Notes: generated by a model from the letters alone, not told the origin. Positions 50,373-63,829 are shown, counted from the stretch's first letter. The stretch is DNA of 64,000 bases from Selaginella moellendorffii (GCF_000143415.4 NW_003314295.1:747038-811037); one strand, 5' to 3'. Translations and numbers: made by a program.

Positions 50373-51178
50373 TTATGGAGTCGCAGAGTGATGATCTTTC
50401 CCTCCTGAACGAATGAAAAGAAGAGCGTTTGCACAGAAAAGAGTGGAAAGTCTATACTGTAGCACCTGATGCCTTGGGACTGGCCTTTGGAGTTGGATTT
50501 GGAGCGGGGCTGGTCTTTGGAGGTGATGGGCTTGGAGCGGGGCTGGTCTCTGGAGATAAGCTTGGTGTTGGGCTCGTCTTTGGAGATGGGCTTGGTGTTG
50601 GGCTGGTCTTTGGAGTTGGACTCGCCTTTGGGCTTGAACTGGGACTTTCCGTGCATCCTGTTAACAGCAAAACTCTATCAGGTTCATGGTACGAAACGTG
50701 GAAGCATGAAAAGTTGGCCAGACAAACCTGGTGGGGGCGGTCCTGACAGAAACATGAAAGAAAAATAAAACAGTTAAGCCTGAAAAACCATAGAAAAGAA
50801 AGCAGAAGTTGGTATGTATATGGCACCTGCTTCAAATTTACGTAAAAAGTTTCAGTACGTGATATTAATCTTGCTGTTAAATTCAAGAGTTTCACCTGGG
50901 CATGGCGTCGTACCACGGAGCCAGCACCTGGAGCAACAAAACCAAATCAAAGGCTATAGTAGCACAAACTTGAATTCGAACTTTCACCTGCATCGATCTT
51001 GTGCTGCAGCAACAACAAGCAAAGAAAAGATGTTGGCAAGAGTCCCATAGAACACCATGTCAAATGCATCAAAAGAACCTTGGTTTGCTTGACGGACAAC
51101 AAACTCAGCAGCTCCATCATCCCCGAGACTGCAAACCGCAAGACATGAAATCACCAATGCCACAAAGACGGCCTTCAT
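50373..51178 (-). CDS. Secreted Cys-containing, Ser/Pro/Thr/Lys-repeat protein (HRGP-like), copy 1
   Basis: Signal peptide MKAVFVALVISCLAVCSLG; short exons giving AQDRCRCWLRGTTPCP/GPPPP/GCTES then SP(T/A)PSPSPKT repeats; exon model inferred. Confidence 0.6.
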
Positions 51179-51648
51179 CTTGTAGAGACACTGGCTGGCT
51201 GGCTGAGAGGCAATGCAGGAGGTAAAATGCGAATGCATATGCAGGGCCCCGAAGGGGGAATTTATTTCGAACCAAGGCTAGCAAACAAAGCCACTGGAAT
51301 CACAATGTACCGGGCAGAATCTCAGTTTTTGTTATTTTCCGAAAGAATTGACAAGGGAGCCCTTCCAAATCTTAGCTGGGTGGTAACAATAGACACAAGT
51401 TCTGCCAGGTTTACGAACAAGGTGATATGACCCAAAGCGCATATGATAGTTGTCTTTTTTCCCAAAGAATTGACGAGGGAGAACGTGAAAGAGAATTGTC
51501 TGAGATGATTCCAAATCTTAGCTGGGTGGCAACAATAGACACAAGTTCTGCCAGGTTTACGAACAAGGTGAACAGCAAAGGGACGTGATAGTTGTCTTGC
51601 CTATTTTATAGACAATGATTTTGATGTGCAAAGAAACCGATCCAGAGA

Positions 51649-52810
51649 CTAAATTGCAAGAAATTTTAAGCGAAGTGCAGCTCGTTTGCCACGAGTCACA
51701 TCTCCATGGAGCCTGCAAGCGCTCAACAGATTTGTCCATGCCACCGCATCTGGAAGAAATGGAATGGACTGGATGAGATTCTCGGCCTCCTCCAGCCGCT
51801 TAGCCCGCCCAAGCAGATCAACCATGCACCTGTAGTGATGGGTCGATCCCAAAGTTTGATTGGATCGACAGGAAGTGTTCTCGAGCATCAGTGATCTTCC
51901 CCGCGTGGCTGCAACCGCTCAGGATTGCGATAAAAGTGATCTCGTCCGGTGAAATCCCTTCGAGATTCATGGCCTGAAACGCATTAATCGCATCTTGCAT
52001 ATGGCCGTTTCTGGCAAGTACTGCGATCAAGGCCGTCCACGACCGCAGGTCTTTCCATGGCATATTTTCGAACACTTCAACGGGCGCAGTTTACATTACC
52101 ATTTACGGAAAATGCAACCATCATTGTAGTATTGTGCACCAGAATTCTGTCAAATATACTCTTCTCTTGCGCAAGACACCCGTTAAGGGCATAGACTGAG
52201 ATCATAGCTTTCCAGGACACTACGTCGTGCAAGGGCATTCGATCGAAGGCTTGAATTGATTCGTCAAATTCACCACAATCGCCATAGCCAGTCAGAAGAA
52301 CACACCATGCAAGGTGATCGCGGAAAGGCATCGAGAGGAACATTCTCTTCGCGTCTGTTTGATACCCATCCTATGCACAGGCTGACATTATGGTGTTCCA
52401 TGCCACGACATTCCAACTCGGCATTCTATCCAGGCCTCTTTTTCTTTGAAGGTTTGCATTGCAGTAAGAAGTCCACAGCTAGAGCATTCTAGGATTTCTG
52501 TTCCACAAGAGAAAACAATCTCCACATCTCCTCGAGATTCCCAACTCCGGCATTTGCAGAAATCATGCAAGTCCAAGTTGCAACATTGGTCTCGGGCGTC
52601 GACTCAAAGATTATCTTTGACTCAGTTACCTGATCCACATGCGCCAAGACCTGTATCATTGCGTTACTAGACAGAATATCCCACTGTGGCATCCGATCAA
52701 AGAGTATCATTTCTTCCTGAGTATCCCCTGTTTGGGCATATACTGTAATCATAGTATTCCAAGTAATGACATGCTTTTGAGGCATGTTAAGAAACACAGA
52801 AGTAGATTCA
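51649..52810 (-). pseudogene. PLS-E class PPR pseudogene
   Basis: FxxMP...VxxWNxMI repeats and YRCMVDLLGRAKRLEEAENLIQSIPFLPDAVAW...ACRLHGD; multiple frameshifts. Confidence 0.88.
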
Positions 52811-52859
52811 TTTAAGCAACAATTAGATGCTCAAGATGACTAGGGCCTTTGACCTTTGC

Positions 52860-53485
52860 AATTCAATACCTGAAGATGAAAGCAAGAATGAAAGTGAAGG
52901 CTGAAATCCCATTCCACATGGTTGAGGTAAATATTGGTGTTGTATACTTAAGCTCTTGTAAGTAGCATAGCTTACTTACATAAACTCTGTAAGATTGAAT
53001 ATAGATCTTCCTCTCTAAATTGTTTCAAATGTTAAAACATTGACAAAACTTACCTGAAGACAGCGAGGAAGAATGTTGCAAATAACATAGGAAAAATAAG
53101 ATTTTGTTTTCTCTTCTTGGAAGAAAACAAAAGAAATCCACTAGTGAGTAATATGAACTTAGCAATGCACAAAGAATGTCACGAACTTTGAGTAATATGA
53201 ACTTAGCAATGCAGAAAGAATGTCACAAACTTTTCCACAAAGGAAGAGAGAAATCTCAAAACCAGGAAGCCAAGGCAATTTTTATACATAAATCATAGAA
53301 CTACCCTTGCCAAAGCAAGACTTTGTAGCTTGCAAAACCTACAAAACAATGAGAACCACATGAAATCTAAGCTGGGAAGAAGATAATGAGATTGGTTGCT
53401 CATCATCAAATAATCTAATATTATTAGCAGTAGCTGTAGGTGGAAGAGGTAATGGAACATATATCTCTTCTAAATCAATAGCAAC
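52860..53485 (-). pseudogene. WAT1/UMAMIT 5' fragment
   Basis: Degenerate copy of about 47430-48035. Confidence 0.85.
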
Positions 53486-53699
53486 ATTGGAACAAGTACA
53501 ACTCAAATCACTATATATAACCTCAGAGATTTATAAAGGTCAAGTGAGGCAAGTTCAAAATAAAGACAAAAAATTAGCTAATGAACATTATCATCATCAA
53601 GGGTGACAAAGTTTTCCTTAAGCTATTGGATGCACAATGTTCTTTAAAAGGAGGTGGTAGTGATCGATCAGACATTGAAGAAGGTATAGATATTGTTCA

Positions 53700-54331
53700 G
53701 ATTGCAGGAAGTACCAGGATCACACTAATGTTCCAAGTGCTTAATGAGATCTTATAAAATCCAGAAGATAAAACACAGGATTGTCTCCATGAAAAATGTG
53801 TCCTCATAATGTTTCTGCAGCATTTCCTCTGATTAGGTCTCGTTGATCTATGCCAACTTGACACTGGACGACATTCTACTCAAGAACGAGCTCGACAAAC
53901 TTGCTGAAAACATCCAAACTTCAAGGTCCTGTTTGAGACTATCAGACTTCTCGTGTTTCCAAAGAAAACTGATGCATGTCTACAGGTTTTCTATGTTGCC
54001 AATAAGCCAATGCGATAAGGATCCGGCTTCATCACGAAAGACCTGGTGAAGGGACTACCACCTCCTTCAGACGGCAATCTCATCGTGGTTTGAAGCTCAT
54101 TCGCTGCTCGTTACTTAGTTCCCCATTGACACCATTTTGTGCAGGCCTCCAGCCCTCATGAACCACATCTCCGGCGATAAAGCACCAGACAAATCACAAG
54201 GACAAGTAAGCATTTTACAGAGATATCTATTCCAACATGCGAGCTTCCCTGATTCCACTCTTCCTTCTCAACAGTTGACAGGTCTCTTGAAGAGCATGGG
54301 TTACACCGAAGACCAAGTGTACAAGTTCTAG
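53700..54331 (+). pseudogene. Cytochrome b5 reductase 3' fragment
   Basis: IAGSTRITLMFQ with stop and frameshifts; terminal exons near-identical to the intact gene. Confidence 0.85.
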
Positions 54332-54454
54332 GCATTCTTTTATTCTCAGGACAAGAACAACACAATACAATACAAAGCTCTTTAAAGTCATGAGAGCCGT
54401 AGATTAAGGTCCCCTGAGACGCACTGGCTTATTCCGTGGAGTTATGCCGTGTGC

Positions 54455-55263
54455 TTATGGAGTCGCAGCGTAATGATCTTTCCCTCCTGAACGAATGAAA
54501 AGAAGAGCGTTTGCACAGAAAAGAGTGGAAAGTCTATACTGTAGCACCTGATGCCTTGGGAGTGGCCTTCGGAGTTGGGCTTGGAGCGGGGCTGGTCTTT
54601 GGAGGAGATGGACTTGGAGCGGGGCTGGTCTTTGGAGGAAATGGGCTTGGAGCGGGGCTGGTCTTTGGAGGAGTTGGACTTGGAGCGGGGCTGGTCTTTG
54701 GAGATGGGCTTGGTGTTGGGCTTGAACTGGGACTTTCCGTGCATCCTGTTAACAGCAAAACTCTATCAAGTTCATGGTACAAATCGTGGAAGCATGAAAA
54801 GTTGCCTAGACAAACCTGGTGGGGGCGGTCCTGACAGAAACATGAAAGAAAAATAAAACAGTTAGCCATGAAAAACCATAGACAAACCTGGTGGGGGCGG
54901 TCCTGACAGAAACATGAAAGAAAAATAAAACAGTTAAGCCTGAAAAACCATAGAAAAGAAGTTAAATTCAAGAGTTTCACCTGGGCATGGCGTCGTACCA
55001 CGGAGCCAGCACCTGGAGCAACAAAACCAAATCAAAGGCTATAGTAGCACAAACTTGAATTCGAACTTTCACCTGCATCGATCTTGTGCTGCAGCAACAA
55101 CAAGCAAAGAAAAGATGTTGGCAAGAGTCCCATAGAAGACCATGTGAAATGCATCAAAAGAACCTTGGTTTGCTTGACGAACAACAAACTCAGCAGCTCC
55201 ATCATCCCCGAGACTGCAAACCACAAGAAATGAAATCACCAATGCCACAAAGATGGCCTTCAT
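54455..55263 (-). CDS. Secreted Ser/Pro-repeat protein, copy 2 (duplicated GPPPP microexon)
   Basis: As copy 1; 15-nt exon present at both 54816-54830 and 54888-54902. Confidence 0.6.
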
Positions 55264-55641
55264 CTTGTAGAGACACTGGAAGGCTGCCTGAGAGGCAACG
55301 CAGGAGGTGAAATGCGAATGCATATGCAGTGCCTCGAAGCTGGAATTTATTTCGAACCAAGGCTAGCAAACAAAGTCACTAGAACGAGAATATTTCGGAG
55401 AACGTGAATGAGAATTGTCTGAGGTGAAGTTGAGGTGAAGTGTCCCTTTCAAATGTTAGCTGGGTGGCAACTCCATACAATATAGACACAAGTTCCAGCA
55501 AAATTGACAGAATGTCATAAATGTCAGATACCACGTTCATTGCCAACAGGATGATATGACCTAAAGCCCACAAAGAAGCTGGCGGCAAAGGGACGTGATA
55601 GTTGTCTTGCCTTCTGCAAACCAGTTTCTTTGATCCAGAGA

Positions 55642-56318
55642 CTAAATTGCAAGAGATATGTTTAAGCGAAGTATGTGCTCTGCAGCTCGCTTGCCACGAG
55701 CCACATCTCCATGGAGCCTGCAAGCGCTCAACAGAGTTGTCCATGCCACCACATATGGAAGAAATGGCATGGATTGTATGAGATTCTCGGCCTCCTCCAG
55801 CCGCTTAGCCCGCCCAAGCAGATCAACCATGCACCTGTAGTGATCCACAATTGGGTCGATCCCAAAGTCTGATTGGATCAACAGGAAGTGTTCTCGAGCA
55901 TCAATGATCTTCCCCGCGTGGCTGCATCCGCTCAGGATTGCAACAAAAGAGATCTCGTCCGGTGAAATCCCTTCGAGATTCACGGCCTGAAACGCATTAA
56001 TCGCATCTTGCATATGGCCGTTTCTGGCAAGTACTGCGATCAAGGCCGTCCACGACCGCTGGTCTTTCCATGGCCATTTTCGAATACTTCACAGGCGCAG
56101 CTTACATGATCATTTACGGAAAATGCAACCATAATTGTAGTGAACGATGAAAGAGTGTGTTCCAGAATTCTGTCAAATATTCTCTTCTCTTGCACAAGGC
56201 ACCTATTAAGGGCATAGACTGAGATCAAAAAGTTCCATGACACTATGTCGTGCAAGCGCATTAGATCAAAGGCTTGAATTGATTCGACAAATTCATCACA
56301 ATCGCCATAGCCAGTCAA
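55642..56318 (-). pseudogene. PLS-E class PPR pseudogene fragment
   Basis: ISFVAILSGCSHAG...DHYRCMVDLLGRA...; frameshift at about 56070, 5' truncated. Confidence 0.85.
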
Positions 56319-56408
56319 TATAAGAGAAGAAAAACAACTTCACACCAGAAAAACTCTTTCAAGATTAAACTACATCAACACCATTAGATTAGCATGATTT
56401 CGAAAATG

Positions 56409-57205
56409 TTAATTAGATACATTATCCTTATGAGAAATCATCCCAGTTTCAACAAGGTGAGGAACTTCTGCTGCTAGCCAAGGCCCAAGACCCAAGCAAA
56501 GCGCATGTGCAACACCAAATCTAGGACTGGCAAAGAGATACGAATTAAAACAAATCAAACAAGGAAAAATCAGCTTACCAGTTCTTTGCCCATAAAGGTT
56601 TGAAATGGATTGTCAAACAAATCTTTCCACCCCTATACATCTGGAAAAGAGAGAAGAAGGTAAGAATTTTTCCTTGATAATGAGCTAGAGATTGAGCGTC
56701 TCTACCTTGGCTGTTTTCCCGTCCAGTTCCGGGAGCTCAAGCTCTGGAGCGGTGGCGGGGTAAGTCACGGGGATCTCGAACTGCAAATCAAACTCGTATT
56801 TGAGAAGGTTGTGGATGTACCAGCATCGCCCCTTCCATTTGGTCCCATCTGGACTGGCCGAGATGCGAAACCAATCGTTATCATTCGCTTTGTTCATCTC
56901 CATGTACTTGATCAAAGCCTGGAGTAGCAAACCAGGAAATTAGAACGAATTCTTCTCTCCTTCCCTCGATCGATTCAAGCTGCCGCTACACGGTCCACAC
57001 ACCAAGGACGCAAATGTAGAGCAAACGAGAGAGATCGCAGGTGGAAAAATGCGTTTTAAATCTGAGAGAAACGTTTGGAAATTCATACCTGGTACTCCTC
57101 CTTGAGGCGCTGCTTCCACGCATCGCCATCCCTAGGCCCAGCTCGGGTCTTGAGCAGTGGGATCTTCGCGACGGTGTTCTTCGTCCCAGCGTCCCAGCCC
57201 TCCAT
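56409..57205 (-). CDS. UFC1: Ubiquitin-fold modifier-conjugating enzyme 1
   Basis: [12 protein letters not shown]...[75 protein letters not shown]; 4 exons. Confidence 0.96.
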
Positions 57206-57271
57206 GACGAAAAACCCTAGATGCCCACGCTCATGTCGAGAATATGCTTTGAGTCCAAATTTTCAGGGTTC

Positions 57272-58970
57272 ATGGCGCTGGCGCTGCGCTCTCGATCGGC
57301 TCTTCGAAAGGCTGCCCCGGCATTTTCATTCCACAGCGGAGCTGAGACCGCCGGATCTGGCGCCGATCGGCGGACTGGAGCCGCCGCCGCGGCGACTGGA
57401 GCGGCGATTTTGGCAGCAGTGGCGACGATCTACTCGACCTGGAAGAGCGAGGTGAGATATTTTCTTGTATCATTCTGCTGCTCATCTTTTTCTTGTGGAT
57501 TCTGCAAAGACCGCTCGTAGCGACGCTGGGGATTTCGGTTCGTGCTTTGCTTTTTGCTCGAAAGTTCTAAGTTTTGGTCGTGGTTTGCTCACATTGTCCG
57601 TCCAGCATTGGATCCGAACGAATGGCGGAAGTTTCGACTCTTAGAAGCGAAGCCTGTGACTCACAACACGAGACGTTACAGGCAAGAGGAAAGAAAGAAT
57701 GGAAAACAAGACGATGCGCTAACGTTCTTTGTACAGGTTTGCCTTGGATGACGATGCGCAACTGGGTCTTAACGTTGCTTCGTGCCTCTTGACAAAGTAA
57801 CGGAGCTGCCAAACTTCATGACGAAGATACGTGAATTTTTCTTTGCTTTGCAGGGCTGCTATGGGTACGAAAAAGGATGGGAAGCCAAATGTGATCATCA
57901 GACCGTATGTAAAATTGTCTTACGCTTGGAATCACTGTAACTCGTGCTTCGTGCTGACAGATATACGCCCATAAGTGATCCAGACGTTCGCGGTCACTTT
58001 GATTTACTTGTGAAGGTATTGTGTTCTTTGTTTTCAGCATTTGCGTGCTTTCTCAGCTAACGATGAAGAAAACATTTTCTTTGTAGACATACCCCGAAGG
58101 AAAAATGAGCAAATATTTTGCTGCTCTTCGGCCCGGCGACACTTTGGAAATGAAAGGGTACGTGTATTTTACTACATATTTTTTTCCGTCTGTAGTTTTA
58201 CAAGGAAGATCCACAGTCCTATTCCCAAGCTCCCATACAGCGCCAACATGAAAGAACGTATCGGCATGGTATATCTTTGAGTTCTCTGCGTCACTTTACT
58301 GTCGTTTAGATTGCAGGAGGTACCGGGATCACGCCGATGTTTCAAGTGCTTAACGAGATCTTAAAAAATCCAGAAGATAAAACACAGGTTTGTCTCCAGG
58401 AAAAACGTGTCCTCGTAATGTTTCTGCGGCGTTTCCTCCGATCAGGTCTCGTTGATCTATGCCAACTTGACACCGGACGACATTCTACTCAAGAACGAGC
58501 TCGACAAACTATCTGAAAAGCATCCAAACTTCAAGGTCCTGTTTGAAGACTATCAGACTTCCACTCTGGTGCTTCCAAGGAAAACTGACGCATGTTTACA
58601 GGTTTTCTATGTTGTCGATAAGCCAACGCGTTACTGGGGAGGAGGATCCGGCTTCATCACGAAAGACATCCTGGTGAAGGGACTACCACCTCCTTCGGAC
58701 GGCAATCTCATCATGGTTTGAAGCTTATTCGCTACTCGTTGTTACTTAGTTCCCCATTGACACAATTTCCAACAGGTGTGCGGGCCTCCGGGCCTCATGA
58801 ACCACATCTCCGGCGATAAAGCACCAGACAAATTACAAGGAGAAGTAAGCATTTTACAGAGATATCTATTCCAACACGCGAGCTTCCCTGATTCCACTCT
58901 TCCTTCTCAACAGTTGACAGGTCTCTTGAAGAGCATGGGTTACACCGAAGACCAAGTGTACAAGTTCTAG
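57272..58970 (+). CDS. CBR2: NADH-cytochrome b5 reductase, mitochondrial-type (intact copy)
   Basis: Presequence-like N-terminus, RPYTPIS, GKMS, GMIAGGTGITPM, LIYAN, VCGPPGLM and VYKF; GC-AG intron at 57682-57736. Confidence 0.92.
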
Positions 58971-59093
58971 GCATTCTTTTATTCTCAGGACAAGAACAAC
59001 ACAATACAATACAAAGCTCTTTAAAGTCATGAGAGCCGTAGATTAAGGTCCCCTGAGACGCACTGGCTTATTCCGTGGAGTCATGCCGTGTGC

Positions 59094-59899
59094 TTATGGA
59101 GTCGCAGAGTGATGATCTTTCCCTCCTGAACGAATGAAAAGAAGAGCGTTTGCACAGAAAAGAGTGGAAAGTCTATACTGTAGCACCTGATGCCTTGGGA
59201 CTGGCCTTTGGAGTTGGATTTGGAGCGGGGCTGGTCTTTGGAGGTGATGGGCTTGGAGCGGGGCTGGTCTTTGGAGATGGGCTTGGTGTTGGGCTCGTCT
59301 TTGGAGATGGGCTTGGTGTTGGGCTGGTCTTTGGAGTTGGACTCGCCTTTGGGCTTGAACTGGGACTTTCCGTGCATCCTGTTAACAGCAAAACTCTATC
59401 AAGTTCATGGTACAAATCGTGGAAGCATGAAAAGTTGGCCAGACAAACCTGGTGGGGGCGGTCCTGACAGAAACATGAAAGAAAAATAAAACAGTTAAGC
59501 CTGAAAAACCATAGAAAAGAAAGCAGAAGTTGGTATGTATATGGCACCTGCTTGAAATTTACGTAAAAAGTTTCAGTACGTGATATTAATCTTGCTGTTA
59601 AATTCAAGAGTTTCACCTGGGCATGGCGTCGTACCACGGAGCCAGCACCTGGAGCAACAAAACCAAATCAAAGGCTATAGTAGCACAAACTTGAATTCGA
59701 ACTTTCACCTGCATCGATCTTGTGCTGCAGCAACAACAAGCAAAGAAAAGATGTTGGCAAGAGTCCCATAGAAGACCATGTGAAATGCATCAAAAGAACC
59801 TTGGTTTGCTTGACGAACAACAAACTCAGCAGCTCCATCATCCCCAAGACTGCAAACCACAAGACATGAAATCACCAACGCCACAAAGACGGCCTTCAT
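59094..59899 (-). CDS. Secreted Ser/Pro-repeat protein, copy 3
   Basis: Near-identical to copy 1 at offset 8721. Confidence 0.6.
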
Positions 59900-60339
59900 C
59901 TTGTAGAGACACTGGATGGCTGGCTGAGAGCCAATGCAGGAGGTAAAATGCGAATGCATATGCAGGGCCCCGAAGCCGGAATTTATTTCGAACCAAGGCT
60001 AGCAAACAAAGCCACTGGAATCACAATGTACCGGGCAGAATCTCACTTTTTTATTTTCCCAAAGAATTGCCAAGGGAGCTCTTCCAAATCTTAGCTGGGT
60101 GGTAACAATAGACACAAGTTCTGCCAGGTTTACGAACAAGGTGATATGACCCAAAGCGCATATGATAGTTGTCTTTTTTCCCAAAGAATTGACGAGGGAG
60201 AACGTGAAAGAGAATTGTCTGAACAATAGACACAAGTTCTGCCAGGTTTACGAACAAGGTGAACAGCAAAGGGACGTGATAGTTGTCTTGCCTAGTTTAT
60301 AGACAATGATTTGGATGTGCAAAGAAACCGATCCAGAGA

Positions 60340-61510
60340 CTAAATTGCAAGAAATTTTAAGCGAAGTATGTGCTCTGCAGCTCGTTTGCCACGAGTCACA
60401 TCTCCATGGAGCCTGCAAGCGCTCAACAGAGTTGTCCATGCCACCGCATCTGGAAGAAATGGAATGGACTGGATGAGATTCTCGGCCTCCTCCAGCCGCT
60501 TAGCCCGCCCAAGCAGATCAACCATGCACCTGTAGTGATGGGTCGATCCCAAAGTTTGATTGGATCGACAGGAAGTGTTCTCGAGCATCAGTGATCTTCC
60601 CCGCGTGGCTGCAACCGCTCAGGATTGCGATAAAAATGATCTCGTCCGGTGGAATCCCTTCGAGATTCATGGCCTGAAACGCATTAATCGCATCTTGCAT
60701 ATGGCCGTTTCTGGCAAGTACTGCGATCAAGGCCGTCCACGACCGCTGGTCTTTCCATGGCATGTTTTCGAACACTTCAACGGGCGCAGCTTACATTACC
60801 ACTTACGGAAAATGCAACCATCATTGTAGTATTGTGCACCAGAATTCTGTCAAATATACTCTTCTCTTGCACAAGACACCCATTAAGGGAATAGACTGAA
60901 ATCATAGCTTTCCAGGACACTACGTCGTGCAAGGGCATTCGATCGAAGGCTTAAATTGATTCGTCAAATTCACCACAATCGCCATAGCCAGTCAGAAGAA
61001 CACACCATGCAGGGTGATCGCGGAAAGGCATCGAGAGGAACATTCTCTTCGCGTCTGTTTGATACCCATCCTATGCACAGGCTGACATTATGGTGTTCCA
61101 TGCCACGACATTCCAACTCGGCATTCTATCCAGGCCTCTTTTGCTTTGAAGGTTTGCATTGCAGTAACAAGTCCACCAGCTAGAGCATTTCAGGATCTTT
61201 CTCCTCCACAAGAGAAAACAATCTCCACATCTCCTCGAGATTCCCAACTCCGGCATTTGCAGAAATCATGCAAGTCCAAGTTGCAACATTGATCTCGGGC
61301 GTCGACTCAAAGATTATTTTTGACTCAGTTACCTGACCCACATGCGCCAAGACCTGTATCGTTGCGTTACTAGACAGAATATCCCACTGTGGCATCCGAT
61401 CAAAGAGTATCATTTCTTCCTGAGTATCCCCTATTTGGGCATATACTGTAATCATAGTATTCCAAGTAATGACATGTTTTTGAGGCATGTTAAGAAACAC
61501 AGAAGTAGAT
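60340..61510 (-). pseudogene. PLS-E class PPR pseudogene
   Basis: Duplicate of 51649-52810 sharing most lesions. Confidence 0.88.
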
Positions 61511-61564
61511 TCATTTAAGCAACAATTAGATGCTCAAGATGACTAGGGCCTTTGACCTTTGCAA

Positions 61565-62012
61565 TTCAATACCTGAAGATGAAAGCAAGAATGAAAGTGA
61601 AGGCTGAAATCCCATTCCACATGGTTGAGGTAAATATTGGTGTTGTATAAGAAAACAAAAGAAATCCACTAGCAAGTAATATGAACTTAGCAATGCACAA
61701 AGAATGTCACGAACTTTGAGTAATATGAACTTAGCAATGCAGAAAGAATGTCACAAACTTTTCCACAAAGGAAGAGAGAAATCTCAAAACCAGGAAGCCA
61801 AGGCAATTTTTATACATAAATCATAGAACTACCCTTGCCAAAGCAAGACTTTGTAGCTTGCAAAACCTACAAAACAATGAGAACCACATGAAATCTAAGC
61901 CGGGAAGAAGGTAATGAAATTGGTCGCTCATCATCAAATAATCTAATATTATTAGCAGTAGCTGTAGGTTGAAGAGGTAATGGAACATATATCTCTTCTA
62001 AATCAATAGCAA
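61565..62012 (-). pseudogene. WAT1/UMAMIT 5' fragment with further internal deletion
   Basis: Copy of 52860-53485 missing about 52947-53120. Confidence 0.82.
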
Positions 62013-62228
62013 CATTGGAACAAGTACAACTCAAATCACTATATATAACCTCAGAGATTTATAAAGGTCAAGTGAGGCAAGTTCAAAATAAAGACAAAAA
62101 ATTAGCTAATGAACATTATCATCATCAAGGGTGACAAAACTTTCCTTAAGTTGTCGGATGCACAATGTTCTTTAAAAGGAGGTGGTAGTGATTGATCAGA
62201 CATTGAAGAAGGTATAGATATTGTTCAG

Positions 62229-62867
62229 ATTGCAGGAAGTACCAGGATCACACTGATGTTCCAAGTGCTTAATGAGATCTTATAAAATCCAGAAGATAAA
62301 ACACAGGATTGTCTCCAGGAAAAATGTGTCCTCATAATGTTTCTGCAGCATTTCCTCTGATCAGGTCTCGTTGATTTATGCCAACTTGACACTGGACAAC
62401 ATTCTACTCAAGAACGAGCTCGACAAACTTGCTGAAAACATCCAAACTTCAAGGTCCTGTTTGAGACTATCAGACTTCTTGTGTTTCCAAAGAAAACTGA
62501 TGCATGTTTACAGGTTTTCTATGTTGCCAATAAGCCAATGCGATAAGGATCCGGCTTCATCACAAAAGACCTGGTGAAGGGACTACCACCTCCTTCAGAC
62601 GGCAATCTCATCATGGTTTGAAGCTCATTTGCTGCTCGTTACTTAGTTCCCCATTGACACCATTTCCAACAGGTGTGCAGGCCTCCAGGCCTCATGAGCC
62701 ACATCTCCAGCGATAAAGCACCAGACAAATCACAAGGACAAGTAACCATTTTACAGAGATATCTATTCCAACACGCGAGCTTCCCTGATTCCACTCTTCC
62801 TTCTCAACAGTTGACAGGTCTCTTGAAGAGCATGGGTTACACCGAAGACCAAGTGTACAAGTTCTAG
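62229..62867 (+). pseudogene. Cytochrome b5 reductase 3' fragment
   Basis: Duplicate of 53700-54331. Confidence 0.85.
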
Positions 62868-62990
62868 GCATTCTTTTATTCTCAGGACAAGAACAACACA
62901 ATACAATACAAAGCTCTTTAAAGTCATGAGAGCCGTAGATTAAGGTCCCCTGAGACGCACTGGCTTATTCCGTGGAGTCATGCCGTGTGC

Positions 62991-63829
62991 TTATGGAGTC
63001 GCAGCGTGATGATCTTTCCCTCCTGAAAGAATGAAAAGAAGAGCGTTTGCACAGAAAAGAGTGGAAAGTCTATACTGTAGCACCTGATGCCTTGGGAGTG
63101 GCCTTCGGAGTTGGGCTTGGAGCGGGGCTGGTCTTTGGAGGAGATGGGCTTGGAGCGGGGCTGGTCTTTGGAGGAGTTGGACTTGGAGCGGGGCTGGTCT
63201 TTGGAGATGGGCTTGGTGTTGGGCTCGTCTTTGGAGATGGGCTTGGTGTTGGGCTGGTCTTTGGAGTTGGACTCGCCTTTGGGCTTGAACTGGGACTTTC
63301 CGTGCATCCTGTTAACAGCAAAACTCTATCAAGTTCATGGTACAAATCGTGGAAGCATGAAAAGTTGGCCAGACAAACCTGGTGGGGGCGGTCCTGACAG
63401 AAACATGAAAGAAAAATAAAACAGTTAAGCCTGAAAAACCATAGAAAAGAAAGCAGAAGTTGGTATGTATATGGCACCTGCTTGAAATTTACGTAAAAAG
63501 TTTCAGTACGTGATATTAATCTTGCTGTTAAATTCAAGAGTTTCACCTGGGCATGGCGTCGTACCACGGAGCCAGCACCTGGAGCAACAAAACCAAATCA
63601 AAGGCTATAGTAGCACAAACTTGAATTCGAACTTTCACCTGCATCGATCTTGTACTGCAGCAACAAGGAGCAAAGAAAAGATGTTGGCAAGAGTCCCATA
63701 GAAGACCATGTGAAATGCATCAAAAGAACCTTGGTTTGCTTGACGAACAACAAACTCAGCAGCTCCATCATCCCCGAGACTGCAAACCACAAGACATGAA
63801 ATCACCAACGCCACAAAAACGGCCTTCAT
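62991..63829 (-). CDS. Secreted Ser/Pro-repeat protein, copy 4 (longest repeat tract)
   Basis: Same exon layout with an extra repeat unit. Confidence 0.6.

Noticed and set aside
51362-51572. ~60-bp direct repeat, partly repeated again near 60080-60260
   Set aside because: Local duplication in degenerate DNA downstream of the PPR pseudogene; no functional signal seen
51649-61510. PPR copies as functional DYW editing factors
   Set aside because: Multiple frameshifts and no DYW domain visible
50429-63419. Plus-strand Gly/Leu/Val (GLGVGLVFG) and WSLEM repeat ORFs in each array unit
   Set aside because: Antisense mirrors of the Ser/Pro repeat exon; splice sites and signal peptide are on the minus strand
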